Below the pieces are notes generated by a model that worked only from the letters and a program-made list of their open reading frames with translations, was not told where the DNA came from and did no database searches. Positions 20,558-29,101 of a DNA stretch of 48,364 nucleotides are shown here, one piece after another (within the stretch, counting starts at the first letter, position 1; the number at the start of each line of letters is the position of its first letter). The DNA lies in the NCBI GenBank assembly GCA_027340875.1, contig DAIENX010000087.1, forward strand, positions 1 through 48,364, in the 5' to 3' direction. Both the position numbers and the translations under genes were made by a program. This DNA is from Elusimicrobiota bacterium (lineage in GTDB: Bacteria; Elusimicrobiota; Elusimicrobia; Elusimicrobiales; UBA9959).

Positions 20558-21337
20558 TCAGCCCCTGAGCACAGTGGTCTTCTCTTTGAGCACGTCTATC
20601 AGTTTGCCCGCCAGCGACGCGGCGTCCCCGCCCTCTAGCACCAGGCCGGTGCCTTTCTTTACCGGCGCGTAGAACTTTTCCGCGGCCGACAGCGCCGCTT
20701 CCGCGGACAGCTCCTCGGCCTTGAACGCCGCGATCTCCTTCTTCTTGGCCTTCATGATGTTCGGCAGCGTGGGGTAGCGCGGCGTGTTCAGGCCCAGCTG
20801 ACATGTGATGACCGCCGGCAGGGCGGCCTTCACGATGCCTTTCGCGCCGCCCTCGAGCTCGCGCCTGACCGTCGCCGTCCTTCCCTCCAGGGAGAAGCCG
20901 ATGACCGTGGTAACGCAGGAAAAACCCAGCATGCCGGCAAGAAGCGGACCTATCTGGGCCGAGCCGCGGTCCTGCGACTGCATGCCGGTGAAGACTATGT
21001 CGAAATTCTCTTTCTTCGCGTAGGCCGCTATCAGGGAGGCTATCTGCCAGGGGTCCTTACGGAAGACGTTATCGTCCTGCACGTGCACCGCGCGGTCGCA
21101 GCCCATGGCCAGCGCCTTCTTCAGCGCCTCCACCACGCGGGCCGGGCCGACGGAGAGCACCACCAGCTCCGAAGCCGGGTCCTTCTCCCGCAGCTTGACG
21201 GCCTCCTCCACCGCGTACTCGTCGTACTCGTTCATCCTGAAGGCCAGGTCCGCCTCGTTGAACCAGGTGCCGTCGGCGTTCGGCTTGAACTTCGACGCCA
21301 TGTCGGGTATCTGTTTAACGCACACGAGTATTTTCAT
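20558..21337 (-). CDS. etfB: Electron transfer flavoprotein beta subunit
   Basis: MKILVCVKQIPD, MNEYDEYAVEEA, ALAMGCD, NTPRYPTLPNIMKAKKK. Confidence 0.95.
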   Translation of the reverse strand: MKILVCVKQIPDMASKFKPNADGTWFNEADLAFRMNEYDEYAVEEAVKLREKDPASELVVLSVGPARVVEALKKALAMGCDRAVHVQDDNVFRKDPWQIASLIAAYAKKENFDIVFTGMQSQDRGSAQIGPLLAGMLGFSCVTTVIGFSLEGRTATVRRELEGGAKGIVKAALPAVITCQLGLNTPRYPTLPNIMKAKKKEIAAFKAEELSAEAALSAAEKFYAPVKKGTGLVLEGGDAASLAGKLIDVLKEKTTVLRG

Positions 21338-21379
21338 AAGCTCTCCAGTTCTACTCCCAAGTTTACCGCGGGGCCGGCG

Positions 21380-23359
21380 CTAAGCCAGCCTTTCCGCCAC
21401 CACTTCCGCGAGGTCGCGCGCCTTCAGGGCGGTCTCGCAGTCGGCGGTCTTTATGCCGTCCTCGAGCATCGTGAGGCAGAACGGGCAATTGGACACCACC
21501 ACCGGCCTGCCGGTGGCGCGGGCCATCTTCACGCGCTCGACGCTGATCTTCGTGCCTTCCTTCTCCTCCAGCAGGGCCCGCCCGCCCCCGCCGCCGCAGC
21601 AGAAGTTCCTGTCGCCGTGCCTCTCCATCTCGGCCAGGCTGCCGCCAGCGGCCGCGAGCACGGCGCGGGGCTCCTCCGTTATGCCGGAGTAGCGGGACAT
21701 GTAGCAGGAATCGTGGTAAGTGAACTCGAACGGCTCGGCCTTGAGCTTAAGCTTGCCGGAGTCTATCAGCTCCTTGATGAAAACCGTGTAATGGACGACA
21801 TTGCCCTCGAAGCCGAGGTCGCGGTAGTGCACGCCGAGAGTGTGGCGGCAGTGCGGACAGGCGGTCACGATCTTTTTCACGCCGTACTTGGCGAAGGCCT
21901 TGATGTTCTCCCCCGCCAGCTCCTGGTAAAGGTACTCGTTGCCCAGCTTGCGCGCCGGCTCTCCGCAGCACTGCTCTTCCTTGCCGAGCAGGCCCGCCTT
22001 GACGCCGGCCTTCGCGCAGATCTCCATGAACTTCGCGGCCACGGCCTTGTTGCGCCTGTCGAAGGAGGCGTAGCAGCCGGCGAAATAAAGGATGTCGGCC
22101 GACGGGTCCTCCGAGAGAGGTTTCACGCCCAGCCCTGCGGCCCAGTCCGCGCGCGAGGCGTTGGGCAGGCCGAACGGGTTCTTGTTCACCTCGAGGCTGC
22201 TGACCGCGGCGCGTCCTTCCTCTCCGGCGAACTCGCCCTTCATCAGCGTCAGGTTCCGGCGCATCTCTATGATCTTGGGCACGTGCTCGACCGCGGCGGG
22301 GCAGGTGGTCTGGCAGGACCTGCAGGTCGTGCAGGCCCAGAGGGCCTTGTCAGTGACGGCCGCTATGATATCGGTCTCGGGACCGGCGAAAGCGCTGCCG
22401 CGCAGGTCCTGTATGACCTTCATCGGCGAGAGAGTCTTGCCGGTGGCATAGGCGGGGCATTCGTCCTGGCAGCGCTTGCAGGAGACGCAGGCATCGGAGT
22501 CATAGATGTCCTTCCAGGACAGCTCGTTCACCTTCTCCGCGCCGAAGGTCTGCGCGCTCTCGTCGGCCAGGTCTATGGTCTTCAGCCCGCCGAGCGGGCC
22601 GGTATCGGAGAAGAAGTAGTTCACCGGTATCAGGAACAGGTGGCGCAGCTTGCTGAAGGGTATCATCGCGATGAAGCCGAAAGCCGCGAACATGTGCGTC
22701 CACCACAGCGTCTTATGCAGCCCTTCGAGGGCCGACGGGTCCCCCGGCAGCAGGCCGGCCACGAGCAGGCCCACCGGTGAGAACCGGGCCAGCTCCGGGT
22801 TGGCGTGCAGCTCGGTGACGGCCATGCGGGCGCCCTCTATCACGAAGCCTGTGACCAGTATGAAGAAAAGCAGCGCGTGGGCGAGGCAGTCATCGGCGGC
22901 GGTATCCAGGCCCTTGGGCCTGTAGAGGAAGCGCCGCACGAAGAAGACGAGCAGCGCGACGATAGCGGCGAGGCCGGCGATGTCCAGGACGAAGGAGAAG
23001 CCGCGGTAGAAATCCCCCTGCAGGAAGCGGAGGCCGAAGAGCCGGGCGGTGAAATCCTCCTGCGCCATGATAAGCGTAGTGCCGGCCGTCAGCAACAGGA
23101 AGCCCCAGAAGAAGCCCGCGTGGAACAGCCCGGGGAACGGGTTGCGCAGAACCTTCAGCTGCGCCAGCGCCCAGGAAACGGCCCGGGCCAGCCGGTCCGC
23201 CGGCCCGGAAACCCTGTCCAGCGCCTTGCCGGACCTGTAGACGGCGAGCTTTTTATAGAACCCGTAGGCCATGGCGCCCGCCGCCGCGGCGAAAAAGCCG
23301 TACATCGGCAGTATCACGCCGTGACCGACGTTCCAGTATATCTCCCGGGTGGCTTCCAT
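21380..23359 (-). CDS. Membrane-bound Fe-S oxidoreductase (FadF/HdrD-like; probable ETF:quinone oxidoreductase)
   Basis: N-terminal TM cytochrome-b-like domain (PFSKLRH), two CxxCxxCxxxCP motifs, two CCG domains; adjacent to etfBA. Confidence 0.88.
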   Translation of the reverse strand: MEATREIYWNVGHGVILPMYGFFAAAAGAMAYGFYKKLAVYRSGKALDRVSGPADRLARAVSWALAQLKVLRNPFPGLFHAGFFWGFLLLTAGTTLIMAQEDFTARLFGLRFLQGDFYRGFSFVLDIAGLAAIVALLVFFVRRFLYRPKGLDTAADDCLAHALLFFILVTGFVIEGARMAVTELHANPELARFSPVGLLVAGLLPGDPSALEGLHKTLWWTHMFAAFGFIAMIPFSKLRHLFLIPVNYFFSDTGPLGGLKTIDLADESAQTFGAEKVNELSWKDIYDSDACVSCKRCQDECPAYATGKTLSPMKVIQDLRGSAFAGPETDIIAAVTDKALWACTTCRSCQTTCPAAVEHVPKIIEMRRNLTLMKGEFAGEEGRAAVSSLEVNKNPFGLPNASRADWAAGLGVKPLSEDPSADILYFAGCYASFDRRNKAVAAKFMEICAKAGVKAGLLGKEEQCCGEPARKLGNEYLYQELAGENIKAFAKYGVKKIVTACPHCRHTLGVHYRDLGFEGNVVHYTVFIKELIDSGKLKLKAEPFEFTYHDSCYMSRYSGITEEPRAVLAAAGGSLAEMERHGDRNFCCGGGGGRALLEEKEGTKISVERVKMARATGRPVVVSNCPFCLTMLEDGIKTADCETALKARDLAEVVAERLA

Positions 23360-23381
23360 TCTTCCTCCGTGCGGGAACGCG

Positions 23382-24521
23382 CTAGGAGACCAGCGCCTTC
23401 GAGATCACTATGCGCTGCATCTCGTTGGTACCCTCGTAGATCTCCGTTATCTTGGCGTCGCGGAACATCCTCTCCACCTCGTAATCCGCGATGTAGCCGT
23501 AGCCGCCGTGTATCTGCACGGCCTCTTTGGTGACGTAGGTAGCCGCCTCAGAGGCGCACATCTTGCACATGGCCGACTCGGTGGAATAATTCACGTGGGC
23601 GTCCTTCATCCAGGCCGCCTTGTAGACGAGCAGCTTGGCCTGCTCTATGCGCGCGTACATCTCGGCCAGCTTGAACTGGACCGACTGGAAGGCGCAGAGC
23701 GGCTTGCCGAACTGCTTGCGCTGCTTGGAATATTCCAGCGCGCGGGCGAAGGCCCCGCCGGCAATCCCCAGCGCCTGCGCGGCGATGCCGATGCGGCCGC
23801 CGTTCAGCGTCTCCATGGCGATCTTGAAACCTTTCCCTTCCTCGCCGAGCAGGTTCTCCGCCGGCACCTTGAGGTTGTCGAAGGCGAACGCGGCGGTGGA
23901 GGTGCCGCGTATGCCCATCTTGTTCTCTTCCTTCATGACGGTGACACCGGGGGAGGACAGGTCCACGATGAAGGCCGACAGGCCCTTGTGGCCGAGTGAT
24001 CTGTCCTTCGTGGCGAACAGGACGCCGGTGCCGCGGCAGCCGCCGTTGGTGATGAACATCTTGGTGCCGTTGACGACGAATTGGTCGCCGTCGCGCTTAT
24101 AGTTGGTGGCTATCGAGGCCACGTCGCTGCCGGCGTCGGACTCGGTCAGCAGTATGCAGCCTATCTTCTTGCCGGAGGTCAGGTCGGGCAGCCACTTCAT
24201 TTTCTGCTCCTCGGTGCCGAAGTTCAGCAGCGGGTCGCAGCAGAGCGAGGTATGGGCCGAGATGTAGACGCCGTTGGAGGCGCAGGCCTTGGAGACCTCC
24301 TCCACCAGCAGCGCGTAGGACATCGCGTCGAGCCCTGCGCCGCCGTACTTCTCCGGGATATAGCTGCCGAAGAAGCCCATCTCCGCCATCTTCGCGGTCA
24401 GCTCCTGCGGTATCCTGTGCTCCTCGTCTATCTTGGCCGCTATCGGCTTTATCTCCTTCTCTACGAAGTCGCGCACGCTGTCCCTGAGTATCTTCTGGTC
24501 CTGCGTCAGTTCGAAATTCAT
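23382..24521 (-). CDS. Short-chain (butyryl-CoA-type) acyl-CoA dehydrogenase
   Basis: LTESDAGSD, GTKMFITNG, GGRIGIAAQ, GGYGY, ITEIYEGTNEMQR. Confidence 0.93.
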   Translation of the reverse strand: MNFELTQDQKILRDSVRDFVEKEIKPIAAKIDEEHRIPQELTAKMAEMGFFGSYIPEKYGGAGLDAMSYALLVEEVSKACASNGVYISAHTSLCCDPLLNFGTEEQKMKWLPDLTSGKKIGCILLTESDAGSDVASIATNYKRDGDQFVVNGTKMFITNGGCRGTGVLFATKDRSLGHKGLSAFIVDLSSPGVTVMKEENKMGIRGTSTAAFAFDNLKVPAENLLGEEGKGFKIAMETLNGGRIGIAAQALGIAGGAFARALEYSKQRKQFGKPLCAFQSVQFKLAEMYARIEQAKLLVYKAAWMKDAHVNYSTESAMCKMCASEAATYVTKEAVQIHGGYGYIADYEVERMFRDAKITEIYEGTNEMQRIVISKALVS

Positions 24522-24538
24522 TCTTCCGTCCTCCCTGC

Positions 24539-25309
24539 TTACTTGCCTTTGAACTCCGCCTTCCTCTTTTCCGTGAAGGCCTTCATGCCCTCGCGCTGGT
24601 CCGCCGTCGCGAAGAGCAGCGAGAACAGCGCCGGCTCGTACTCCGGGTTCCCGGCGCCGTTGTCCACCGCGTCCTTGGCGGCGGCCACGGCCAGCGGGCC
24701 GTTGGCGGCTATCTTCCCGGCGGCGGCGGAAGCGGCTTTCAGCAGCTCCGCCTGCGGGAACACCTCGTTGACGAGGCCGCAGGCCGCGGCTTTCGCCGCG
24801 TCCAGCGGGCGGCCGGTGAAGATCATCTCGCGCGCGCGGGCCGCGCCGCAGCGGGCGGCCAGCCGGCGGGTGCCGCCGAAACCGGGGATCACGCCCAGCG
24901 TGGTCTCGGGCAGGCCGAGCCTAGCGTTGTCGGAGGCGTAGATAAAGTCGCAAGCGAGCGCCAGCTCAAGCCCGCCGCCCAGCGCGTAGCCGTTCACGGC
25001 GGCTATCACCGGCTTCCTCAGCTCCTCAATAGAGCGGAAAACCCCGCTGCCCAGCCGCGAGAACTCGCGGGCGGCGGCGGGGGACATTTCGGCCATCTCA
25101 GAGATATCGGCGCCGGCCACGAAGGCCTTCTCGCCGGAACCTGTCAGCACCACGGCCCTCACGGCCGCGTCGGCGGCCAGCTCGCTGAGCGCCTGGTCCA
25201 GCTCTTTCAGCACGGCCGTGTTCAGCGCGTTGAGGCTCTTCGGGCGGTTCACGGTCAGCACCGCTACGCCGGCTTCCGTCTTTTCCAGCAGCAGGTTCTC
25301 GTAGGCCAT
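24539..25309 (-). CDS. crt: Enoyl-CoA hydratase (crotonase)
   Basis: AFVAGADI, AVNGYALGGGLELALACD, GLPETTLGVIPGFGGT. Confidence 0.9.
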   Translation of the reverse strand: MAYENLLLEKTEAGVAVLTVNRPKSLNALNTAVLKELDQALSELAADAAVRAVVLTGSGEKAFVAGADISEMAEMSPAAAREFSRLGSGVFRSIEELRKPVIAAVNGYALGGGLELALACDFIYASDNARLGLPETTLGVIPGFGGTRRLAARCGAARAREMIFTGRPLDAAKAAACGLVNEVFPQAELLKAASAAAGKIAANGPLAVAAAKDAVDNGAGNPEYEPALFSLLFATADQREGMKAFTEKRKAEFKGK

Positions 25310-25310
25310 G

Positions 25311-26165
25311 TTATTTCGCCGCCGTGTAGTCGTAGAAACCGCGGCCGGACTTGCGGCCCAGGTAGCCGGCGTTGACCATCTTTACCAGCAGCGGGCACGG
25401 GCGGTACTTCGGGTCCTTGAAGCCCTCGTACAGCACGTTCGCGATGGCGAGCACGGTGTCGAGGCCGATGAAGTCGGCCAGCGTCAGCGGGCCCATCGGC
25501 TGGTTGGTGCCCAGCTTCATGCCCTTGTCTATGTCCTCGGCGGAGGCTATGCCCTCGTACAGCGCGAAGACGGCCTCGTTGAGCATCGGGATCAGTATGC
25601 GGTTGATGATGAAGCCGGGGTAGTCCTGCGACACCGCGGTCTCCTTGCCGAGCGCCTTGGCCAGCTCGGCTACCTCCCTGAACGTCTCGTCGCTGGTAGC
25701 GTGGCCCTTGATCAGCTCTACGAGCGTCATCACCGGCACCGGGTTCATGAAGTGCATCCCCATCACGCGCTCGGGGCGGGAGGTGGCGGAGGCTATCTTC
25801 GTTATCGGTATGGAGGAGGTGTTGGAGGCGAGTATCGCGCCCTTCTTCACGGCGGCGTCGAGCTGCCTGAACAGGTCCAGCTTCAGCGACTCCTTCTCCG
25901 TCACGGCCTCTATCACTATGTCGCAGTCGGCCAGCGCGGGGATCTCCTTGGCCGTCTTTATGCGGGCGGCTATCTCCTTGATATCCCCGGTGATCAGCCC
26001 CTTCTTGGCCTGGCGCTCCAGGTTCTTATCGATTGTCGCCACGGCCTTCTGCAGCTGCGCCTCGGAATTGTCGCACAGCACCACGTCGTATTTGGCCAGC
26101 GCCAGCACGTGGGCAATACCGTTGCCCATCTGCCCGGCACCAAGAACTCCGGCTTTCTTTATCAT
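25311..26165 (-). CDS. hbd: 3-hydroxybutyryl-CoA dehydrogenase
   Basis: GAGQMGNGIA, LASNTSS, GMHFMNP, PGFIINR, PMGPLTLADFIGLD. Confidence 0.95.
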   Translation of the reverse strand: MIKKAGVLGAGQMGNGIAHVLALAKYDVVLCDNSEAQLQKAVATIDKNLERQAKKGLITGDIKEIAARIKTAKEIPALADCDIVIEAVTEKESLKLDLFRQLDAAVKKGAILASNTSSIPITKIASATSRPERVMGMHFMNPVPVMTLVELIKGHATSDETFREVAELAKALGKETAVSQDYPGFIINRILIPMLNEAVFALYEGIASAEDIDKGMKLGTNQPMGPLTLADFIGLDTVLAIANVLYEGFKDPKYRPCPLLVKMVNAGYLGRKSGRGFYDYTAAK

Positions 26166-26186
26166 ATCGTCTCCCGTCCCGTTAGT

Positions 26187-27365
26187 TTAAACCCGCTCGA
26201 AAATGACGGCTACCGCTTCTCCGCCGCCGATGCACAGCGTGGCCAGGCCGTACTTGGCGCCCCGCTTGTGCAGCTCCCTTATCACCGTGCCGGCCAGCCT
26301 GGCGCCGCTGGCGCCTATCGGGTGGCCGATGGCGGCGGCGCCGCCGTTCACGTTGACCTTCTCCTCCGGCAGGCCGAGCTCCTTGATGGCTATCATCGTC
26401 ACCGTGCAGAAGGCCTCGTTTATCTCGAAGAGGTCTATGTCTGAGGTCTTCAGGCCCGCTTTGGCGCAGGCCTTCTTTATGGCTTCCACCGGCGCGTCCG
26501 GGAAATTCTCCGGCGCGAGGCTCGCGGTGGCGCAGGCCTTTATCTTCGCCTTAGGCTTGAGGCCGTACTTCTTCACCGCCTCAGCGCCGGCCAGCAGCAG
26601 CAGCGCGGCGCCGTCGTTGATCGTGGAGGCGTTCGCGGCGGTTATCGTGCCGTCCTTCCTGAACACCGGCTTCAGCTTGCCGATCTTCTCGAAGTCCACC
26701 TTGAACGGCTCCTCGTCGTCGGCTACCGTGACGGGGCCCTTGCGGGATTCCTTCACCACCGGCACTATCTCGTCCTTGAAGATGCCGGACTTCACGGCTT
26801 CCTGCGCGAGCTTGTAGGAGCGGGTGGCGAACTTGTCCTGCGCCTCGCGGGTGAGGGCGTGCTTGGACGCGCTCTCCTCGCCTATCTCTCCCATGTGGCG
26901 GCCGGTGTACGGGTCGCTCAGGCCGTCGTGTATCATCAGGTCCACCAGCTTGCCATTGCCCATCCGGTAGCCGTAGCGGGCCTTATCGAGGATATACGGC
27001 GCGAGCGACATGTTCTCCATGCCGCCCGCTATCGCGGTCTCGGAGTCGCCGAGGGCTATGGAGCCGGCCGCGAGCATCACGGCCTTCAGGCCGCTGCCGC
27101 AGACCTTGTTTATCGTCATCGCCGGGACCGACGGAGGGAGGCCGGCGTAGATCATCGCCTGGCGCGCAGGGGCCTGGCCCACTCCGCCAGCCAGCACCTC
27201 GCCGATAATGACCTCGCCGACGGCCTCGGCCGGCAGCTTGGTCTTCTCGAGCAGGCCCTTTATCACTCCCGCGGCCAGCTTCGGCGCCGGCACCTCGGAC
27301 AGCGCCCCGCCCAGCGAGCAGAACGGCGTGCGCAGGGCCTCCACCACGAAAATATCCTTTTCCAT
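26187..27365 (-). CDS. Acetyl-CoA C-acyltransferase (thiolase)
   Basis: TINKVCGSG, NEAF, GHPIGASG, LCIGGG. Confidence 0.95.
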   Translation of the reverse strand: MEKDIFVVEALRTPFCSLGGALSEVPAPKLAAGVIKGLLEKTKLPAEAVGEVIIGEVLAGGVGQAPARQAMIYAGLPPSVPAMTINKVCGSGLKAVMLAAGSIALGDSETAIAGGMENMSLAPYILDKARYGYRMGNGKLVDLMIHDGLSDPYTGRHMGEIGEESASKHALTREAQDKFATRSYKLAQEAVKSGIFKDEIVPVVKESRKGPVTVADDEEPFKVDFEKIGKLKPVFRKDGTITAANASTINDGAALLLLAGAEAVKKYGLKPKAKIKACATASLAPENFPDAPVEAIKKACAKAGLKTSDIDLFEINEAFCTVTMIAIKELGLPEEKVNVNGGAAAIGHPIGASGARLAGTVIRELHKRGAKYGLATLCIGGGEAVAVIFERV

Positions 27366-27407
27366 GTCCTATTCCTCCCTGTTTGTCGTACCCCGTATGC
27401 GCGGGGC

Positions 27408-28565
27408 TTACAGATGAACTATCCCGGTATCCTTGCCGGTTATATTCTCCGGCCCGGAAGGTCCGACGACGAAGGTGTTCTCCACCCCCACCGCGCCCAG
27501 CCCGGGGAAAATGAACTTCGGCTCCAGCGCCACCACGCTGCCGGCCTCCAGCGGCGCCTTCGCGCCCATGCAGAGCACCGGCATCTCGTCGAGCTCCAGG
27601 CCCACGCCGTGGCCCACGAACTTCGCCTGCTCCCCCGGCACGCCCATGAAATTCTCCGCGAGGCCGGCCTTTTCCGCCATGGAAAGGGTCTTCAGATAAA
27701 GCTCCTCTCCTACGGCTCCTGCTTTCAGCCCGGCCGAGATCTCGTCGTGTATCTCCACCGACACCTCATAGGCCTTCGCCAGCTTCTCCGGCAGCCTGCC
27801 GAAGACGAACAGCCGGGTCATGTCGGTGATGTAGCCGGCGTGCATGAAGGTGTAGTCCAGGAACAGCGGCGCGTCGCGCCCCACGCGCGCCAGCGACGCG
27901 CCCACGGGGGAGGCGCTGGACAGGCCGGGGCCGGTCACGGCTCCGTCGAAATAGCCTGGGATGGCGCCGCTGGCGCCCGCGACGGCGACGCCGATGAAGT
28001 TCTCGCCTATCGGCGCTCGCATGCGGCAGCCCTCGTTGCCGGCCAGACGCGAATGATATTCGAAGGCCGCGGCGGCCTCCAGCTCGCTCATCTCCGGCTT
28101 CAGGAAGGACGGGGCGGCGGCGAAAACTCCGCCCAGCCGCCTCCCGCTCTCGCGGACCAGCTCCAGTTCGGCCGGGGATTTCACTGCGCGCAGGTCGCGC
28201 ACCGCTGCGGAGATATCCGCGAACTCCGCGCCCTTCATAAGACCGGAATAGAACCTGAACAGCTGGGCGCTCAGGCCGTTGAAGACCAGCCCCGCTTTCA
28301 GGTGGCCTGCTGGAACGGCCTCCAGGAACGACGCCTTGCCGGCGAACGGCCGCACCTCCACACCCTCGGACTCCGCCTTCGCCTTCGCAAGGCTTTTCCT
28401 GACGAGCAGCACCGCCCGGCCGGAGACGGGCACCCAGAGCACGCTGTTCTGCCTGGTGCCGGAGAAATAGAAGATGTCGGTGAAATGGGTGATAAGGGCG
28501 CCGCCCAGGCCCTGCCCGGCCAGCTTTCCCTGGAGTTTCACAAGCCTGTTGGCGTGCTCGCTCAT
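27408..28565 (-). CDS. M24-family (Xaa-Pro) peptidase-like protein
   Basis: Creatinase-like N-domain, VKSPAE, D..GYITDMTR, GHGVGLE, EPK, GVENT metal ligands. Confidence 0.85.
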   Translation of the reverse strand: MSEHANRLVKLQGKLAGQGLGGALITHFTDIFYFSGTRQNSVLWVPVSGRAVLLVRKSLAKAKAESEGVEVRPFAGKASFLEAVPAGHLKAGLVFNGLSAQLFRFYSGLMKGAEFADISAAVRDLRAVKSPAELELVRESGRRLGGVFAAAPSFLKPEMSELEAAAAFEYHSRLAGNEGCRMRAPIGENFIGVAVAGASGAIPGYFDGAVTGPGLSSASPVGASLARVGRDAPLFLDYTFMHAGYITDMTRLFVFGRLPEKLAKAYEVSVEIHDEISAGLKAGAVGEELYLKTLSMAEKAGLAENFMGVPGEQAKFVGHGVGLELDEMPVLCMGAKAPLEAGSVVALEPKFIFPGLGAVGVENTFVVGPSGPENITGKDTGIVHL

Positions 28566-29101
28566 TTTTTCTCCGCGCCTCCCCACTCTTCGAAATGGAC
28601 CAGCTCGGAAAGCTCCTTGCGCGGGCGCGGGGAGCTCTCCTTCTCCGGGTAGCCGAGCGGCGTCAGCGCGACGATGCGCGTGCGGTCCGGGATGCCGAAG
28701 GCCTTCTTCAGGTCGGCTTCGCCGAAGACCCCTACCCAGCAGGTGCCGAGGCCCAGCGCCGCGGCCGCCAGGAAAAGGTGCTCGAAAGCTATGCCGGCGT
28801 CCACCAGGAAGTAATCCAGCCCGCCGCGGGAACCGGAATCCGCGGGGTCAGCGCAGAGCAGTATGACCGCCGGCGCCGCGCGCAGCGCCTTCTTCGCCGG
28901 GTTCCCCTCCGGCACGGCGTCGAACACGGCTTTCCTCTTTTCTGGTGCCGTGACCACGAGGAAACGGGCGCACTGCAGGTTCTCCCACGACGGCGCCCTG
29001 CGGGCGGCCTTCAGCACGCGCAGGAGGTCCTCCCGGCTCACCGGGTCCGGCCTGTATCTGCGCACGCTGACGCGCTTCTCCACGGCCTCGAAGAATTCCA
29101 T
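28562..29101 (-). CDS. Nitroreductase-family flavoprotein
   Basis: RVSVRRY, APSWENLQ, DAGIA, LGLGTCWVG, LGYP; TGATG overlap with icmF stop. Confidence 0.9.
   Translation of the reverse strand: MEFFEAVEKRVSVRRYRPDPVSREDLLRVLKAARRAPSWENLQCARFLVVTAPEKRKAVFDAVPEGNPAKKALRAAPAVILLCADPADSGSRGGLDYFLVDAGIAFEHLFLAAAALGLGTCWVGVFGEADLKKAFGIPDRTRIVALTPLGYPEKESSPRPRKELSELVHFEEWGGAEKK

Noticed and set aside
28562..29101. BluB (dimethylbenzimidazole synthase) assignment for the nitroreductase
   Set aside because: Lacks the APSVG..QPW pattern I associate with BluB and is shorter; left as a generic nitroreductase
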